NCBI GenBank assembly: GCA_011109175.1
Contig: RDEW01000030.1
Span: 490,094-554,093 of the forward strand
Origin: Dicyema japonicum
Lineage: Eukaryota; Animalia; Dicyemida
Length of the DNA stretch: 64,000 nucleotides
Direction of reading: 5' to 3'
Program-made: the position numbers and the translations under genes
Part shown: piece by piece, positions 61,151-64,000 of the stretch
Layout: each line of letters begins with the position of its first letter
How positions within the stretch are numbered: the first letter of the stretch is position 1
The notes under the pieces: generated by a model
Told to the model about the DNA's origin: nothing
Database searches by the model: none
The model's input: the letters and a program-made list of their open reading frames with translations, nothing else

Positions 61151-61906
61151 TCTGTCAAAAAGTTATATTCGATGTTAGAATATTTTTCGTGATGATGATT
61201 CAATTGGAGTGATTCCTTAATATATTCCAAGAGCATATGATCATTTGGAATACTTTGGTGTCAACTATTTTACTCCCAGAGATAAGTTAGATGGATACGG
61301 TGCGCCAGGGAATGGCTCATCTTGTGATCATCAAGGAAAAGGGACAAACTAGCGACGAAGGCATTGTTTGATTTTGTTCATATAGTATTTTGACCTGGTC
61401 AAGGAGGAAACTGCCTACAATTGTAGGGACACACCCAACCCTTGCAAGCAACTCTTAGCAGTTTGTTCGAGGGGGCTGAGACGAGCACTGCGCTACAGTT
61501 CCCGATTTCTTTAGTACATCCAACAATGAAAAAACAAGACTATTTCAATGATGAGGTGGAAGTGTGATATTTTAATTACATAGAAACCTAATGAAAAATG
61601 CAAGGCAATTTTTTTAGAAGAGATGATTACTTGCGGTGGATGGAGTATTCAAAACATTGAAAAGCAGAACAACGTATATTCGAGACGTGACCTACATAGC
61701 CCCACAAACGGTTCCTTGAGTCGCCATCTTCTACGGCAACGTTCACTGTCTCCTGGCAGCTAGAACCTAATTTATTTCTTCCATCTTTTCACATTGATCT
61801 TAATATCCACATGAACATATGGAATTTTCGAATATCATCAAAATTAGTAAGAAATACAATAAACGGGAAAAAATTGAAATCATTAATTAAAAGTTATACC
61901 AAATAA

Positions 61907-62324
61907 TTAACCAAAGATGTCATCTACAATAAATTAAAAAAGGGACCGAATTCGTCGGATTCTTCTGCCTCTGATGTAGGTGCAGCTTCTTTTGCTGGAG
62001 CTTTGCTAGTATCTTCTGATTGTTTCTGATCCGCAGCACCGTTAGAGACTTGAGCAGGAGCGGCGATAGCCATGGAGGGAGCAGCCACAACGCCAGATAT
62101 GATGCTCTGTACGTTAATCTTGCTGAAATATTCGGCATATTTCTCTAGAGAGGGTCAAATTAAGGAAATACTAGCAAGAAATGCCTTGCAGTTAATCGAC
62201 GCCGCCCTCATTACTCTGGTGAGGTTATCAGCCTAAATATGATAAAATTTATCCGTACGGTGACTGGAGTATTCAAATCATTTAGAAGTAAAGCAGCGTA
62301 TGTATACGACCTTAGTTCGTCCAT
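61907..62324 (-). CDS. RPLP1: 60S acidic ribosomal protein P1
   Basis: MDELRSYTYAALLLNDLNTPVT/ADNLTRVMRAASIN..., Ala-rich hinge and acidic EAEESDEF end; three short introns. Confidence 0.88.
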
Positions 62325-63239
62325 CAAACACGTTTTTTAATTTAAAATTAATAAATTAATAAAATTAAAAAACATAAATTTAGAATTCTTAAAAATAAAA
62401 ATTATGAAATCAACAAGGAAACCTCTGCTGAACAGAGAAAGGTAAATAAGTATTCACCCCTCAGGGATAGCTTCCGTGTATTCCCAATCCCCTTCGAAAC
62501 CTCTGGAGCGGTAGAAAATCAAGAACGGGGAAGAAAGATCGCATCCATCTGAAGAGACGAAGACATTTACATTTGATTTGCTAATCCAATCGATAATCCA
62601 ACTACAGCATTTGGCTGAATAAATTTATTTCCAAAAAATTACAAACTTTTACGCTTCTAAGAAGAGCTTTCAACTTAACTCGATGTTTTTCCTCGATCCA
62701 ACACAAATCCGTGATCAAAGAGAACTTAATGGACACCCGAATCGTTTAGGCGAATTAGGGTTCGATTTATATCATAATTTCCTGGGCCTTTAAAGGAAAC
62801 ATCAGATTATGAAGTCTATTAGGTATCAGGTTGCTTGGTGGTTCAGATGTCGTCACTAATAATACTCAGTTGGTTAGTTAGTTGAGTTATTATAAAGTAA
62901 ACACTGCTAGTTAAGTTATGGGGGCAAAGTTTAGTTTGTTTGCCATTTTACTCTAAAGTAAATAAATGAAAATTCCGAAGACCATCGTAACGGTTCACAA
63001 ACTAACTATTCACATTATCCCAACACACTCCATCTGAGACCTCATTTTGATCTGACGTTTTCCCTTTAGTCCACATAAACAAATATTTGACGTATAACTG
63101 GATCTTCATAATTGAAAGGGAAGGCCTTCGGTTTTTACGGGTTAAAAATTCCGAGACGTTAGAGAGGAGTCTTTTTCGGAAGTCTATTGCTAGGAACATT
63201 GAATGTCTTTTCTAGCTAGTTTCGATCAGGTCATATGTC

Positions 63240-64000
63240 CAAAAAGTGAATGAACCGGACGAGGCGCATGGTTAAGATGTATGGCTAATGGCTGTAGATA
63301 GTTTCTAAGATAGGTGATTTAGCCCCGAGAGACTTTTCAGTACGTTGGTCTTCTTTTTGCATTTGTGCCATATTTTTAGAGGCGATAAGCACATCTGCTT
63401 GTCAAAAATTCACCCTAATCTTTGTTTGATGAATAAATCGTTGTGACGGACTTTTCAAGTTTCAGGTTCTTCAATAACAAGGACTTTTCAGGATAGTGTG
63501 AATCTCCACACAGCTGAAGCATACTCTACAGTCGGCGATAATTTGTCAATATATTGTTGTGGTGGTTCGTCCAAGTTGATAAGACTGCTGGGATCCAATG
63601 CGTGATAGTATTCATTTTTGGAGTCCGTTCAAAAAAATATTTTTCTGTGGCTGGTGAAACACATAAACCTGTCATAGGTTACTCCCATAATCGTAGGAGA
63701 GTGTGTGACGGGTATTTGAATAGATCCAATTAAGATATTGGGTTCTCCGCCCGTCAGAGGTGAGTAGGGTACATTTTTTTGAACCAGAAAATCACCGTCA
63801 TAACCAAAATAAACAAAATTCAGGTGATCCCGGCTTCCCTCAACAGTCTTGGCATCTTTTCTCGGTGTTCCGACTGCGTTCCTGCGCATATTTGATATGG
63901 ACGGAGTCCGCATACTCGAGTCCTTCGCAGGGGCACTGTTCCAGTCGCCTCCATCATATTTTCATTTTGACTTGGGGGTTGATAGTAAAAGATGGCTGGA
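63240..64000 (-). mobile_element. jockey/I-like LINE fragment running off the window
   Basis: VTHSPTIMGVTYDRFMCF and ISPTVEYASAVWRFTLS. Confidence 0.75.

Noticed and set aside
1-64000. Prokaryotic system, CRISPR array or operon
   Set aside because: Genes are spliced eukaryotic genes; there is no repeat-spacer array, and the tandem repeats have no unique spacers.

Overview
This is eukaryotic, animal-type DNA: AT-rich and densely littered with decayed transposons. I found no prokaryotic operon, CRISPR array or rRNA. Recognisable host genes are MLH3, a secreted TSP1x4-Ig x2-TM surface protein, a Tudor-less SMN, a minimal SRF-type MADS-box factor, a SENP6/7-like SUMO protease, a polo-like pseudokinase, FAK/PTK2, NLE1 (Notchless) and RPLP1, plus two or three orphan genes. 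Almost all introns I could reconstruct are GT-AG and only about 21-27 nt long. Together with FAK and Ig/TSP1 domains, this points by inference to a highly reduced animal parasite such as a myxozoan cnidarian or a dicyemid; the taxon cannot be proven from this window. Intergenic space holds RTE, jockey/I-like, CRE-like and R4/R2-like non-LTR retroelements, Tigger/pogo, hAT-Buster, Merlin and integrase relics, and two apparently unannotated SINE-like families. Several conserved genes have single-base frame breaks that may be assembly indels. The most interesting signals are the stripped-down regulators: SMN without Tudor alongside tiny introns, PLK lacking catalytic Asp and DFG, and FAK with activation-loop YY replaced by HH and no Y397 site. 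A possible spliced-leader-like structured island next to a CRE cluster is more speculative. All gene models and alignments were done by eye, and relic boundaries are approximate.
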